In this document: piece by piece, positions 1 to 12,559 of the stretch
Numbering within the stretch: position 1 is the stretch's first letter
Layout of the letters: each line of letters begins with the position of its first letter
Assembly (NCBI GenBank): GCA_963514005.1
Contig: OY740792.1
Location: 18,786,001-18,850,000 of the forward strand
Length of the DNA: 64,000 bases
Direction: 5' to 3'
From: Raja brachyura
Lineage: Eukaryota
Program-made: the position numbers and the translations under genes
The notes under the pieces: generated by a model
What the model saw: only the letters and a program-made list of their open reading frames with translations
Told to the model about the DNA's origin: nothing
Databases searched by the model: none

Positions 1-2900
1 ATGGGGGGTTTCTTAAATGTGCATATTTTAATGCTAGGAGCATTGTCAGAAAGGTGGATGAGCTTAGAGTCTGGATAGACACCTGGAAGTATGATGTTGT
101 GGCGATCAGTGAAACATGGTTGCAGGAGGGCTGTGATTGGAAAATAAATATTCCAGGATTTCGTTGCTTCAGGTGTGATAGAATTGGAGGGGCAAGAGGT
201 GGAGGTGTTGCATTGCCAGTCAGGGAAGATATTACAGCAGTGCTTTGGCAGGATAGATTGGAGGGCTCATCTAGGGAGGCTATTTGGGTGGAACTTAGAA
301 GTGGGAAAGGTGTAGCAACACTTATAGGGGTATATTATAGACCGCCAAATGGGGAACGAGAATTGGAAGAGCAAATATGTAAAGAGATAGCAGATATTAG
401 TAGTCAGCACAAGGTAGTGATTGTGGGAGATTTCAACTTTCCACACATAGACTGGGAAACACATTCTGTAAATGGGCTGGATGGTTTGGAGTTTGTAAAA
501 TGTGTGCAGGATAGTTTTTTGCAGCAATACATATAGGTGCCTACTAGAGGAGGGGCAGTGCTGGACCTCCTGTTAGGAAATGAGACGGGACAGGTGGCGG
601 AGGTATGCGTAGGGGAGCACTTCGGGTCCAGTGATCACAATACCATTAGTTTCAATATAATTATGGAGAAGGACAGAACTGGGCCTAGGGTTGAGATTTT
701 TGATTGGAGAAAGGCTAACTTTAACGAGATGCAAGATGATTTAAAAGGAGTGAACTGGGACATTTTGTTTTATGGGAAAGATGTAGAGGAGAAATGGAGG
801 ACATTTAAAGGGGAAATTTTAAGAGTACAAAATCTTTATGTTCCTGTTCGGTTGAAAGGAATCAGTAAAAATTGGAAAGAGCCCTGGTTTTCAAGGGAAA
901 TTGGACATCTTGTTCGGAAAAAGAGGGAGATCTTCAATAATTATAAGCAGCATGAAGCAAATGAGGTGCTTGAGGAGTATAAGGAATGTAAAAAGAATCT
1001 TAAGAAAGAAATTAGAAAAGCTAAAAGAAGATATGAGGTTGCTTTGGCAAGTAAGGTGAAAGTAAATCCAAAGGGTTTCTACAGCTATATTAATAGCAAA
1101 AGGATAACAAGGGATAAAATTGGTCCATTGGAGAGACCGAGTGGACAGCTATCTGCAGAGCCAAAAGAGATGGGGGAGATATTGAACAATTTCTTTTCTT
1201 CGGTATTCACCAAGGAGAAGGATATTGAATTATGTGAGGTAAGGGAAACTAGTAGAGTAGCTATGGATACTATGAGTTTCAAAGTAAAAGAAGTACTGGC
1301 ACTTTTGAAAAATATAAAAGTGGATAAGTCTCCAGGTCCTGACAGGATATTCCCTAGGACATTGAGGGAAGTTAGTGTAGAAATAGCCGGGGCTATGACA
1401 GAAATATTTCAAATGTCATTAGAAACGGGAATAGTCCCCGAGGATTGGCGTACTGCGCATGTTGTTCCATTGTTTAAAAAGGGCTCTAAAAGTAAACCTA
1501 GCAATTATAGACCGGTTAGTTTGACTTCAGTGGTGGGCAAATTAATGGAAAAGATACTTAGAGATAATATATATAAGTATCTGGATAAAGAGGGTCTAAT
1601 TAGGAACAGTCAACATGGATTTATGCCTGGAAGGTCATGTTTGACTAATCTTCTTGAATTTTTTGAAGAGGTTACTAGGGAAATTGACGAGGGTAAAGCA
1701 GTGGATGTTGTCTATATGGACTTCAGTAAGGCCTTTGACAAGGTTCCTCATGGAAGGTTGGTTAAGAAGGTTCAACTGTTGGGTATAAATGCAGGAATAG
1801 CAAGATGGATTCAACAGTGGCTGAATGGGAGAAGCCAGAGAGTAATGGTGGATGGCTGTTTGTCGGGTTGGAGGCAGGTGACTAGTGGGGTGCCTCAGGG
1901 ATCTGTGTTGGGTCCTTTGTTGTTTGTCATGTACATCAATGATCTGGATGAAGGGGTGGTAAATTGGATTAGTAAGTATGCAGATGATACCAAGATAGGG
2001 GGTGTTGTGGATAATGAAGAGGATTTCCAAAGTCTACAGAGTGATTTAGGCCAGTTGGAAAAATGGGCTGAAAGATGGCAGATGGAGTTTAATGCTGATA
2101 AATGTGAGGTGCTACACCTTGGCAGGACAAATCAAAATAGGACGTACATGGTAAACGGTAGGGAATTGAAGAATACAGTTGAACAGAGGGATCTGGGAAT
2201 AACCGTGCATAGTTCCTTGAAGGTGGAATCTCATATAGATAGGGTGGTAAAGAAAGCTTTTGGTATGCTAGCCTTTATAAATCAGAGCATTGAGTATAGA
2301 AGCTGGGATGTAATGTTAAAATTGTACAAGGCGTTGGTGAGACCAAATCTGGAGTATGGTGTGCAGTTTTGGTCACCCAATTATAGGAAGGATGTCAACA
2401 AAATAGAGAGGGTACAGAGGAGATTTACTAGAATGTTGCCTGGGTTTCAACAGCTAAGTTACAGAGATAGGTTAAATAAGTTAGGTCTTTATTCTCTGGA
2501 GCGCAGAAGGTTAAGGGGGGACTTGATAGAGGTCTTTAAAATGATGAGAGGGATAGACAGAGTTAATGTGGACAAGCTTTTCCCTTTGAGAATAGGGAAG
2601 ATTCAAACACGAGGACATGACTTTAGAATTAAGGGACAGAGGTTTAGGGGGAACATGAGGGGGAACTTCTTTACTCAGAGAGTGGTAGCGGTGTGGAATG
2701 AGCTTCCAGTGGAAGTGGTGGCGGCAGGTTCGTTGGTATCATTTAAAAATAAATTGGATAGGCATATGGATGAGAAGGGTATGGAGGGTTATGTATGAGT
2801 GCAGGCAGGTGGGACTAAGAGAAAAAAGTTGTTCGGCACGGACTTGAAGGGCCGAGATGGCCTGTGTCCGTGCTGTAATTGTTATATGGTTATATGGTTA
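1..2900 (+). mobile_element. Young CR1-clade LINE (ORF2 plus 3' UTR); continues upstream of the window
   Basis: APE endonuclease motifs (YFNARSI, ISETW, YYRPP, GDFN, SDH) and RT motifs (NYRPVSLTS, DFSKAFD, GVPQGSVLGP, YADD). 3' end with (TTATATGG)n tail at ~2881-2900. Confidence 0.95.
3..2798 (+). pseudogene. CR1 ORF2 (endonuclease-reverse transcriptase) broken by one GAG>TAG at 534-536
   Basis: Frame open 3-533 and 537-2798. The paralogous copy has GAG (E) at this codon (~15571). A 1-bp loss alters only the last few codons. Confidence 0.9.
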
Positions 2901-3259
2901 CTCATATCCATGTTGTCTGTTTCTCTTTATTGTATTCTTTAAATCTCTGACATCTAATTTCCTTCTGGTTGAAATTTTATCATTTAAATATTTCAGTTAA
3001 GACTTTTCTAAAAGAAAAATCTTGCTTTTAAAGCAAAGGCAAACACAGTTCTTATTTCCTGCGCTAACATTAAATTAAATCGTTCCCTTGTTGAATTTTA
3101 TGGTTCCATTTAACTCTTCAAATATATTGGACAAATGACACTGCCGTCCCATCATCTGGCAACCCACATATTTATGGCCTTTATTATTTACAGTTTATGA
3201 TTAACTTCATGATAATGACCTCCTCAGGAAAACTTCTCTCTTATGCAGTCCCTCAAGAT

Positions 3260-3580
3260 TGAGTCATAAAGTCAGACAGAGTAGAAGCAAGGCCTTTGGG
3301 CCAAAACTGCAACATGTTAAGTTGCATACCTGGGCTCGTCCCATTTGCTTGCACTTGGCCTGTATCCCTCTAAACTAAATATTTATATGCACCTATCCAC
3401 ATTTTTTTAATGTTGTATTTGTTGTTGCCTCTAGCACTTCTTCAGGCAGTTCACTTTATATATCCACCGACCACAGTGTGAAAAGGTTGCTTTTCAGGTC
3501 TTATTTAAATCTTTTTCGTCCCACCTTAATTCTGTGCCCTCAATTTGCAGCCTCCCCTACCCTGGGAAAACACTGTGACC
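3260..3580 (-). mobile_element. Old CR1 3'-end fragment
   Basis: Reverse-complement similarity to CR1 C-terminus and 3' UTR (cf. 30049-30300). Confidence 0.6.
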
Positions 3581-3714
3581 ATTCACCCAAGGGCGTACCA
3601 AAGCTGAAAAACAAGTACAGAGATGAACTTATCAAAGCAAAAGGTAATCAGCATCCACTGGAACAAATTAATGCCTTTAACCCTGACGTAAGCACCCTTA
3701 TTTCCATTCCATAA

Positions 3715-3960
3715 AATGCCATCTGGTCTAGCCTCACATCCAGCCAAGACATCAAGAACGCCTCATAGCATCTGAAAACAAGGTATGGGGAGAAGACTGC
3801 ATTACTGCTGAAACTTGGGTGGAGAGGACCCTCAGTGCCAAATTCCCTATCTCATCTCCCCACATCTGCGAGGAAGTCATGGCAGCATCCTGGGAAGTGA
3901 CATGAACGTGACCATTTCCTGAGAGGTACGTGATCCCAAAGATTGAGCTGTGGAAATGAA
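3715..3960 (+). mobile_element. Ancient LINE RT fragment (RTE-like)
   Basis: Degenerate translation NKVWGEDCITAE...VTIF resembles the KAPGxDGIPAE...IVTIFKKG motif. Confidence 0.35.
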
Positions 3961-4942
3961 TGATAAAATCAGCTTTCTGTCAAGGAATGTACTTGACACC
4001 GGAAACATATTGTAGCCAACTTATCGACAATATGGTATATATGTTGGCCACAATACATTTCACTTATAAAGCAACAATATTGCATAAATAAACAAAAATT
4101 AAGCAGATGTTAAGATTTTATACTTGCAAAATTGACCTTCAAATAATTAACTTAATTCTGTGGGGTTGATATTGCTATAATAAAGGTAGTCCCAATATTT
4201 GATTAGCTTCATTAGTGTAATATTTATATTGATTTCTACTCAGTCAGTGTTTCAGCGGAAATCAAACAGAACTAATTGGCTCAGAGCAACAGGAGATTGT
4301 TTGAACACACCAACAGTCTAAGGAGTAATGTTAGTCAAAATGATAGTAGACATGCTTTGACTGAAGTGTTCAAATTAACATATATATTACTCCAATATTG
4401 AATCCAATATTGCTAATCACGATGCAGTGTAGAAATAAAGGCCACCATCACATTCCTTCAATCTTACTGTCCTGGCTCCATACCTTCCAATTATCACTTT
4501 AAACACTGTGAATTAATGAAAGATCAATAGGAAGCAAAACATTCGAAGCACAGAGGAAATAAGTAAACTTTCCTGAGCCACCACTTAACTGGAGCTTATG
4601 GATGGTTCAATGTTTCAACTTCAGCTGCTGTCGCTATTGTAATATCCTCCAGGGCACACAGTCACATGGGAATCTCTGAGCTGAGCTTCTGTATTCTTTA
4701 GTAAGAAATATAAATAAGATACATGCCAGAGTCACTCTGTGCTGGAGGCAACATTTAAAGCAACTTGTAACAATTAAGATGACATTCCATCAATTGTTAA
4801 CATATCTGGCAAAAAGTCAATCCTTTCTGTCCTCTCCAACTGTAATAAGAACATTCATCATATTTCAGGCACTGAAAAGGAAAAATGCTAACACAACGTA
4901 GGATGCTGTTCTAGCACATGGGATAACACAATATGGGATACC

Positions 4943-5073
4943 GGTCTGAAGAAGGGTCTCGACCCGAATAGCCGCCCATTCCTTCTCTCCAGAGATGCTG
5001 CCTGACCCGCTGATTTACTCCAGCATTTTGTGTCTATCTTTGGTTTAAACCAGCATCTGCAGTTCCTTCCTAC
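4943..5073 (+). mobile_element. Penelope-derived short repeat with degenerate hammerhead motif
   Basis: CTGAAGAAGGGTCTCGACCCGAAT followed by the same 3' sequence that follows the GIY-YIG fragment at 33.2 kb. Confidence 0.8.
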
Positions 5074-5404
5074 AGTTATTCACTAAGTGCTATGCAGAGA
5101 AATCGGATTCAGAGACCTACTACATCTGGTCCCTGATCTCCATCCATTGGGCTTAAACCTGCAGATAGACAGCATGAGGTGTGGAATCTGGAGCATGGAG
5201 TGCAACAGAGCCAAGAAAGTTAGGTACCACTTCACATCAGAAATCTAACATAACAATCCCTCAGGCCATTGTCACATTGAAGTTCTCTTGATCGTTCACC
5301 ATTTTTCCACAGGAGGGAATGAACAATAATATTTCAGATAGTCAAAAGATTTTGTTTTATTTATTCATTTTTCAGGAGCTGATCATTGCTACAAGACCAG
5401 TGAT

Positions 5405-6330
5405 TAGGTTTGGGTTTAGGGTTATTATTGCAGTGAAAAGTTTTGCTTTGCATGCTATCAAAACTGATCAGATGTATCATACTTAGATACAATCTGTTCA
5501 AACTTAGGTAGAAAAAAGGGGGAAGATACAGAGTGTAGAATATAGCTTTAAGCATATTGTATAGTAGCATACTGTAGTGCATCAGTTCCTTAGACACTAC
5601 TGATGCAGGAGGGGTGAATCAAACAGTATCCTAGCTTATGGAAGGACTGTTCAGAAGCCTGATAATGGAGGTGAACAAGCTGTTCCTGTGTCTGGTGGAG
5701 TGTGCTTTCATGACTGGAGTGGGAAGTTTTTAATTCTGTTGTCTGCTTTTCCGAGGCAGCGTGAAGTGTAGATGGAGTCAATGGTGAGGAGTCTGGTCTA
5801 TGTGTGGACTTGGCTGCATCTACAACTCTGTAATTTCTTCCATCACAGCAGTGGTGTTCCCAAACCAAGCTTTGAAGCAACACGACAGTATGCTTTCTAT
5901 GGAGCACCTATAGAAATATGTAAAAGTCACTGGAGAGGTGCCAAATGTCATCAGTCTCCTCGGGAAACGGAGACATAGCCTTTGTGGCTGTTGCATCAAC
6001 GTGGTTGGTCTATGACAGATCATTGGTAATATTAACCCCAAGGAACTTGAAGCTTGAAGCCTTTAACCATTTCCACATCCACACCTTTGATGCAGGTTGG
6101 GTCATATACTCTACCATGGTTCCTGAAGTCAATAACTAGCTTCTTTGTCTTGCCGACATTGAGGGAGAGGTTATCGTCACCATGTCACTAAGATCTCTAT
6201 CTCCTTCCTGTACTCTGTCTTGGTATTGTTCATGATTTGGCGCACCATAGTTGTGTTGTCTGCAGACTTTGAGATGGATGTAGAACTTGGCCGTGCCTTT
6301 ATGCCCCTTCCTAATAGCCCTTGTGAAGAA
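5405..6330 (-). mobile_element. Old Rex1/Babar-type LINE 3' fragment
   Basis: Translation ADNTTMVRQIMNNTKTEYRKEIE and FYRCSIESILSCC match the RT C-terminus of 62141-63943. The 3' tail lies at ~5405-5450. Confidence 0.75.
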
Positions 6331-6799
6331 GGTGGTGATGAGAAACCTTCTTGAAGCACTGAAATGGCAATGGTGCACCCTTACTGCGATTGGGGAGCGA
6401 TTTCCTGGCGACATTAAAGGAACAGTAATATATTTTCAAATTAAGATGTTGTGAGAGGTGTCATTTATTTTATCTTTCCTCCCTGTCTTTCTCTCTAGTT
6501 TGTCTTTCTGACTCCTTCGCCATCTTTAATTCGCTTTCCCTCTCAGCTATTCTGGTATATCAGTTCTTAAATATTTTGGTGAATGACTCAAAAGTTTAGC
6601 CATACTATTCCCTGATAACTGCCAATGAAGGATGCAGGAACAGTCTAACTAATGAAAAATGCTGCAAGGCACTCAGTTCTAGGAAGTTCTGTCGAATGAA
6701 AAATATAGTTAATTAATCTAGATTCATGTTATTTTGTGCACAGACTTCATTGCAGACCTCTCCATATTAATGTTTTCTTTTCTATGAGATTCAGCTACT

Positions 6800-7087
6800 T
6801 TTAGATTAGTTTAGAGATACAGCATGGAACCAGGCACATTGAGTCCACACTGACCTTCGATCACCTGTCAACACCAGTTTTTTGTTATCACACTGCCTAC
6901 ACATAAGAGGCCAACTAACCTACAATCTTGCACATCTTTGGGATGTGGGAGTAAACTGAAGTGCCTGCGGGGAAACAGATGCGGTCACAGGGAGAACGTG
7001 CAAACTCAGCACTGACAGCACACGAGGACAGGATCATACCTGTGTCTCTAGCGATATGAGGCAGCGGCACTACCAGCTGTGCCACTC
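6800..7087 (-). mobile_element. tRNA-derived SINE (HE1-like)
   Basis: Reverse complement of the 9068-9328 family, with (CTAAA)n tail. Confidence 0.8.
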
Positions 7088-8359
7088 TCTAATCACCATC
7101 CACCCGCTGCCTTCCATCCTAGCAGCAAACATCAACTCCATTCTGGCCGGCACAATGCACAACGCTAACTTAATTCACAGTCCCTTGAAACATTGCTGCT
7201 TTTCAGCCCAGTGATCATCAGAGCAGATTATTGGGCCACAATAACCACCATCTCTCTGGCTACCAAGGAGTAACCCCCAGGAAAATGTAGTAAATGTTAA
7301 CTAGAAAGCTCTATTTTGGAGAAGGCATTTGTCAAACCTCAGTAAACATTGCATTGAAAGAGGAAATTGGAAAGAAATGAGAAGCAAGTAAAGTTATTCT
7401 CAGTGCTATTCATCTGTGGCCTCTAGATCTCTGTGGACTTGAGCTTGTTGAGGCTGCATCAAGAAGATACCTAACAAATGAGGTATTCAAAACTGTTGAA
7501 GAGTCGACTGCATGCCCCATGAGAGGCTATTTCACTGGATTATTTGGAAAGCTCACTGTTCGTTAACATAAGCTTCTTAAGGCTAAGGCTGTTAGACGTT
7601 AGATGGTTCTTCGTACCCCCCGAGAGTCGAAGACCCACGGAATAAGTTACCAGTTCTTGTTGTGAATGCAGACAGACTCTCAGCGTACTGTCAAGAGATA
7701 CCCGAACAGTTCGTGATTGGAGAAACAGTATTATATCCGTAGAGCTTTATGGTGTCTTTGATGAGTTTTGTTTACTGAAGTGTTTGAGGAGGTTTTTTTC
7801 CATATTATTTTTCCCCTAACTATTTTGAAAATAATTTCACTTTTTCATAATATAGCAAGACTGATGGCAGAGAAGTGAGTTTGCATGCGTATGATTATAG
7901 TTGCCGAAACATAATATTCCAGGAATTATGAACGCGTGAGGTAGCCTGATTGTTATCATATCTGCACAAAGCATTTCCTCTCAAAGTGCCTGTATCACCA
8001 CAGTGGTTTGCAGCCTGTGACAGTCCAGCTCTTGAAAACTGACAATACATTTTTACCAATGGTCTTTTCAAAACTCTAACCATGCAATGCCACACATTTT
8101 ATTCTAACCACTCAGCCATCAAATCTAGCACCAAATTAACGGAAAATGTCAGGAGAAAACATTACAATCCGTTAGCATCCAAAAAAGGACTTTTCAGACT
8201 CCAAGGTTTTGTCAAAATTGGAAAAATCAGTGAACTGTGTTGTATGTTTAATGTAAATAATGGGGAAAAGGCACAAAACAGATGAAAGGCAGGAATCAAC
8301 TGTATCGTTAATCACAAAGGCACCAGTGGTTAAAGCCTGCAAATGGTTTTTTTTTAATG

Positions 8360-8728
8360 TACACTGAATGCCGTCCCTCCCCCACCCTAGTCGCCCTACT
8401 AGTTTCACTGTCGTCCTGCTCAGCTTCACTGTTTGTATCCACTCGTTTTCACCTTTCCATAGCCAACAATGGACTGTTGTGGGCTCCATCTTTCCTTGAT
8501 CATTGTTGCTGGCTTTGATTTGTTCTTTTCATACCTTCCATTCATTTCTTCTTTGTACCTTTTCATAGCTCTAGTTTCCCTCCTCCCTGACTCTCAGCCG
8601 GAAGAAGGGTCTCGACCCAAAACGTCACCTGTCCCTTTTCTCCAGAGATGCTGCCTGACCCGCTGAGTTACTGCAGCATTTGGTGTCTATCTTCGGTGTA
8701 AACTAGCTTCTGCAATTCCTTCCTACAC
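8360..8728 (+). mobile_element. Penelope-derived repeat with degenerate hammerhead motif (~8598-8630)
   Basis: Similar to 33030-33290; CGGAAGAAGGGTCTCGACCCAAAACGTCACC. Confidence 0.8.
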
Positions 8729-9067
8729 AATGTATTTTTTAAATCTGGAAGTAGTTGAAAAAATGCCCGAAATCTGTTTGTAACTGATCAAACCTACTAT
8801 CAATATGCTGAAAATCATTTTGCCTGTATTCTTTCAATTACTGTTAGTTTCCTTCTCTGGTGCTAAAAGGCATGCTTATTTTCCAATGTACTGTTTTGAT
8901 GATGAATTTGTGATAGAAGAAATAATTTTTTTTATCTTTATAGAGCTTGATGAGTTTATTACATAATATCCAGCATGCTATGACACTATTTCAGTTTGCT
9001 AGCTTTTGTTATTTGTTGCCTTTTTGTAATACTGGGAAGAAGCATTTAATTACAGTCTATACATATG

Positions 9068-9328
9068 AGGCGGCATGGTGGCACAGCAGTAGAGTTGCTG
9101 CCTTACAGCGCTTACAGTGTCAGAGACCCAGGTTCGATTCTGGCTATGGGTGCTTGTCTGTATGGAGTTTGTACGTTCTCCCCGTGACCTGCGTGGGTTT
9201 TCTCAGAGAACCTTCGTTTCATCCCACGCTCCAAAGATGTTTCTAAGTGAGCTGGCTTGGTCGGTGCAGATTTGATGGGTCAAAGGGCCTGTTTCCACGC
9301 TGTATCTCCAAACTAAACTAAACTAAAC
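9068..9328 (+). mobile_element. tRNA-derived SINE (HE1-like)
   Basis: Pol III A-box-like TGGCACAGCAGT, B-box GGTTCGATTC, CR1-like 3' segment (GGGCCTGTTTCC..GCTGT) and (CTAAA)n tail. Confidence 0.85.
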
Positions 9329-9977
9329 CTGTGCTCAGGTGCTTTGAGCCCAGTCTCAGAATTTTACAATGTAAACTCCAAACCTTTCAGATCAGGCATA
9401 ATTCCACCTATTGGTCTTTTATTGATTAAACAATGTCAAATAGCAAATCGAAACTTAATTGGAAGTTATTTGTGGAGAGGATTCATAGCTAGCAAAGAAA
9501 GCAATGCTTGAGTATCTGCTGCACAATTACTTAAAGCTGAACAATGAAAAAAGTATTTCATTTTACTGTTCTGTGTTGAATTAAGACATCATACAGAGAT
9601 GAATAATCAGTGCCATAACCTGTAGGATTCAATCTCTTGCCTATTCCTTTCCCATGGAAGAATGTTAATTGCAAGCCAATAAGAATGGTATAAATTAAAT
9701 CTACATATTTTATATAGAAATGTAAATTATAATGCTGTAAAGTATTGAAATGTAGTCTGATTGCTATGTTAGCAGGTGCCATGGAAACAGGGAAGAGCTC
9801 TGCAGGCAAATCAATAGTGTAAGATTCATTATGTTCACTTTTTTTGCAGCACTGACTTAGCTCCACAGCTAATTTTGGTTTGGCTTTCTTCACCACTGTC
9901 AGACCCATTGAAGTTTGGTAAAATTAATGGTTCACGAATTCTTGCGAGCAGCAAGACACGCATGCACATACATGCAC

Positions 9978-10117
9978 NNNNNNNNNNNNNNNNNNNNNNN
10001 NNNNNNNNNNNNNNNNNNNNNNNNNNNNNNNNNNNNNNNNNNNNNNNNNNNNNNNNNNNNNNNNNNNNNNNNNNNNNNNNNNNNNNNNNNNNNNNNNNNN
10101 NNNNNNNNNNNNNNNNN
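9978..10117. other. Assembly gap (140 N)
   Basis: Run of N. Confidence 1.
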
Positions 10118-10398
10118 CCAGCGGTAGAGTTGCTGCCTTACAGCGCCAGAGACCCGGGTTCAATCCTGATTATGGGTGCTGTCTGTACGGAGTTTGTACA
10201 TTCTCCCCGGGACCGCATGGGTTTTCTCCGGGAGCTCCAGTTTTCTCCCACTTTCCAAAAGGACATTCAGGTTTGAAGGTGAATTGGTTTTGGTAAAAAT
10301 TGTACATTGTTCCCAGTGTGTAGGATAATGCTAGTGTACAGGGATGACTGGTCGGTGCGGATTCAGTGGGCTGAAGGGCCTGATTCAAAGCTGTGTTT
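10118..10398 (+). mobile_element. tRNA-derived SINE (HE1-like); 5' end lies in the gap
   Basis: GGTAGAGTTGCTGCCTTACAGCGCCAGAGACCCGGGTTCAATCC head. Confidence 0.85.
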
Positions 10399-10529
10399 AG
10401 TACACACACATATTTACACATCGCTGACCATTTATCAAGTGCATAATTATCTTTCGCAGATATCTGTTGGTAGCAGATCTAGTAGATATATAGTAGATAT
10501 TTGTGAATCTGTGAAATTATTTGCCACAG

Positions 10530-10765
10530 ACGGCCATGGGGGCCAAGACATTGGGTATTTTTATAATGGAAATTGGTAAGTTCTTGATTATGGAGAATCT
10601 CCATTCTCCTGGCTTCTCCCCATGAATCAAGTTCTTGATTATGGGGAGAAGCCAGGAGAATGGAGATGAGTGTGAAAAATAGAACAGCCATGATTGAATG
10701 ACAGAGTAGACTCAGTGGGCTGAATGGCCTATTTCTGCTCCCATGTCTTATGGTCTTATGGTCTA
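10530..10765 (+). mobile_element. CR1 3'-end fragment containing a fold-back duplication
   Basis: CAGCCATGATTGAATG...GAATGGCCTA CR1 3' UTR, (TCTTATGG)n tail, hairpin at 10597-10667. Confidence 0.7.
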
Positions 10766-11004
10766 CGGATACCAGTAAGATAACCATTGTTAACCTAAGC
10801 TCTTAGACTAATCCCCATCCTATATAGTAAGGCACTGATCAGATGCTGAATCTAATACCATGCAATGCCACCACAAGAGATGGCAAGGGTTTGTTTGGGT
10901 CAACAGGGAGCAAGGCCCTTAAAACATCTGTAAAAGTCTCTGGCAGTCTGCTTAGTTATTCCCTATACCCAAACCAGCAATCAAACTAGTCAAAAACATT
11001 GAAT

Positions 11005-11171
11005 GTAGAAACAAAGAACTGCATTACAGGTTTACAAAAACGACACAAAGTGCAGGAGTAACTCAGGAAGCCAGGTAATGTCTCGGTAGAACATGGATAA
11101 GTGACATTTCAGATTGGGATCCATTTTCAGTGTTGGAAGAATGGTTCCAATCCAAAATGCCACCTACCCAT
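11005..11171. mobile_element. Inverted pair of old Penelope-derived repeats; target of the LTR insertion (resumes ~12002-12025)
   Basis: Minus copy followed by plus copy of the hammerhead-bearing repeat; GAGTTACTCAAGCACTTTGTGT resumes after the LTR. Confidence 0.65.
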
Positions 11172-12003
11172 TGTTGAATGATAAGACCCATACACAGGAG
11201 TAATAACTCATAGTCTTTATTGTAACATAAGCAGAGGTAACATTACATGCTATCATCTCTGTGGTCAGCATCTCATCTGGCCGTGAGACAGTGACGTGAT
11301 ATATTAACTGTATTAACAGTCCAAGGTTGGGATGAAGATCTGGACTGGACTACATCTGGAATGTTCAGCATGCATAATATGTGTGGTGATAGATATAGTA
11401 AAGGAAGACTAATATGGTTAATCTACATCCTTCCTCAAGGAATTAACCCATAATAAAATAGATATGATAATCACATGCAAAATACATGTACCACAGACTA
11501 CATTTGGTAGGAATAAGTAAGCTGGAGGGAATAATACCAAAGGCCGTTCAAACGTAATCCTGATACTTTAGGGTGGGCCTGCAGGTGTGACCTGCACGTA
11601 TATGTTACAGTCCTGCATTTCCTCCCTTCACCGGGGATGAGGTCGGTGGTAGAACAGGTGCAGGGGAATGAAGCAGCATCCCCGGGGACCGTGGCAGGGG
11701 TGGAAGTGGCATGGTCATGGGCAACACGATCGGATCAGGAGCATCTGGCAACGGTTGAGTGGGTTCGAATCCCACTTCTGACACCATGTTGAATGATGAG
11801 GCCCATACACAGGAGTAATAACTCCTAGTCTTAATTGTAACACAAGCGGAGGTAACATTACATCTATAGTTTCCGTGGTCAGCATCTAGTCTGGACGTGT
11901 GACAGTGATGTGCTATATTAACAGTATTAACAGTCCAGGGTAGGGATAAAGATCTGGACTGGACTACATATGGAATGTGCAGCATGCAAAATATGTGTGG
12001 TGA
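11172..12003 (-). mobile_element. Internally deleted Gypsy-type LTR retrotransposon (3' LTR 11172-11427; truncated 5' LTR 11787-12003)
   Basis: ~218-bp direct repeats with 24 differences by hand count. TG...CA termini on the complete LTR, AATAAA inside the LTR, PPT GAGGAAGGA abutting the 3' LTR and tRNA-Leu PBS abutting the 5' LTR. Internal remnant translates to RAGHTCRPTLKYQDYV*, like Gypsy pol C-termini. Confidence 0.85.
11759..11786 (-). promoter_or_regulatory. Primer-binding site complementary to the tRNA-Leu 3' end (28 nt)
   Basis: Plus strand GTGGGTTCGAATCCCACTTCTGACACCA matches the vertebrate tRNA-Leu(CAA) 3' end including CCA (recalled sequence). Confidence 0.85.
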
Positions 12004-12559
12004 GTTACTCAAGCACTTTGTGTGCTTTTTTTCAAAAATGTTAATTGTCATCTTCGCACAAGATCCATTACAATGCACCTAACATTCTTTGTGAGATCAA
12101 TGCTAATCCCTACCACCAGGAGCATGGAGCTGGGAGTCAGCAGCGGTAGCATTCTTGGTGAATGCTAGAAGCTTTACTTTCCTCTTTCAGGTAGCTGTTA
12201 AGTAGCCATGAATAAGAAACTGGCACTCCAAACATGTTCAGAGTAGATGAACTAGCTAAAAATAACAAACGCCCGCGTTTATTTGATTCTTTTTACACGT
12301 TTACGACATGATGTTAAAAACATGGATGCCACTTTGCACACAGTATAATTCAACATGACAGGTATAAATAAATGCTAACCATGATAATCGTACAATGCAC
12401 TGCCTGCCTGCCTGCCTGCCTACAAAAATAAATGTTTACGTCCATCTCAGATAATGGATAAGGTCTGATCTTAAAGATAGCTGCTTTGACAGAGTAGCCC
12501 TCCTTTGGTACTACCCTGGAGCACCAGTCTGTGATTTGTATCCAAGTTCCTTGAGTGGG

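Noticed and set aside
534-536. Programmed stop-codon readthrough between EN and RT
   Set aside because: The paralog has GAG here and the stop falls inside the endonuclease domain; a simple nonsense mutation.
9068-9145. tRNA genes at SINE heads
   Set aside because: A/B boxes are followed by a shared SINE body and tail; no complete cloverleaf.
11759-11786. tRNA-Leu gene
   Set aside because: Only the 3' 28 nt are present, including encoded CCA and abutting an LTR; this is a PBS.
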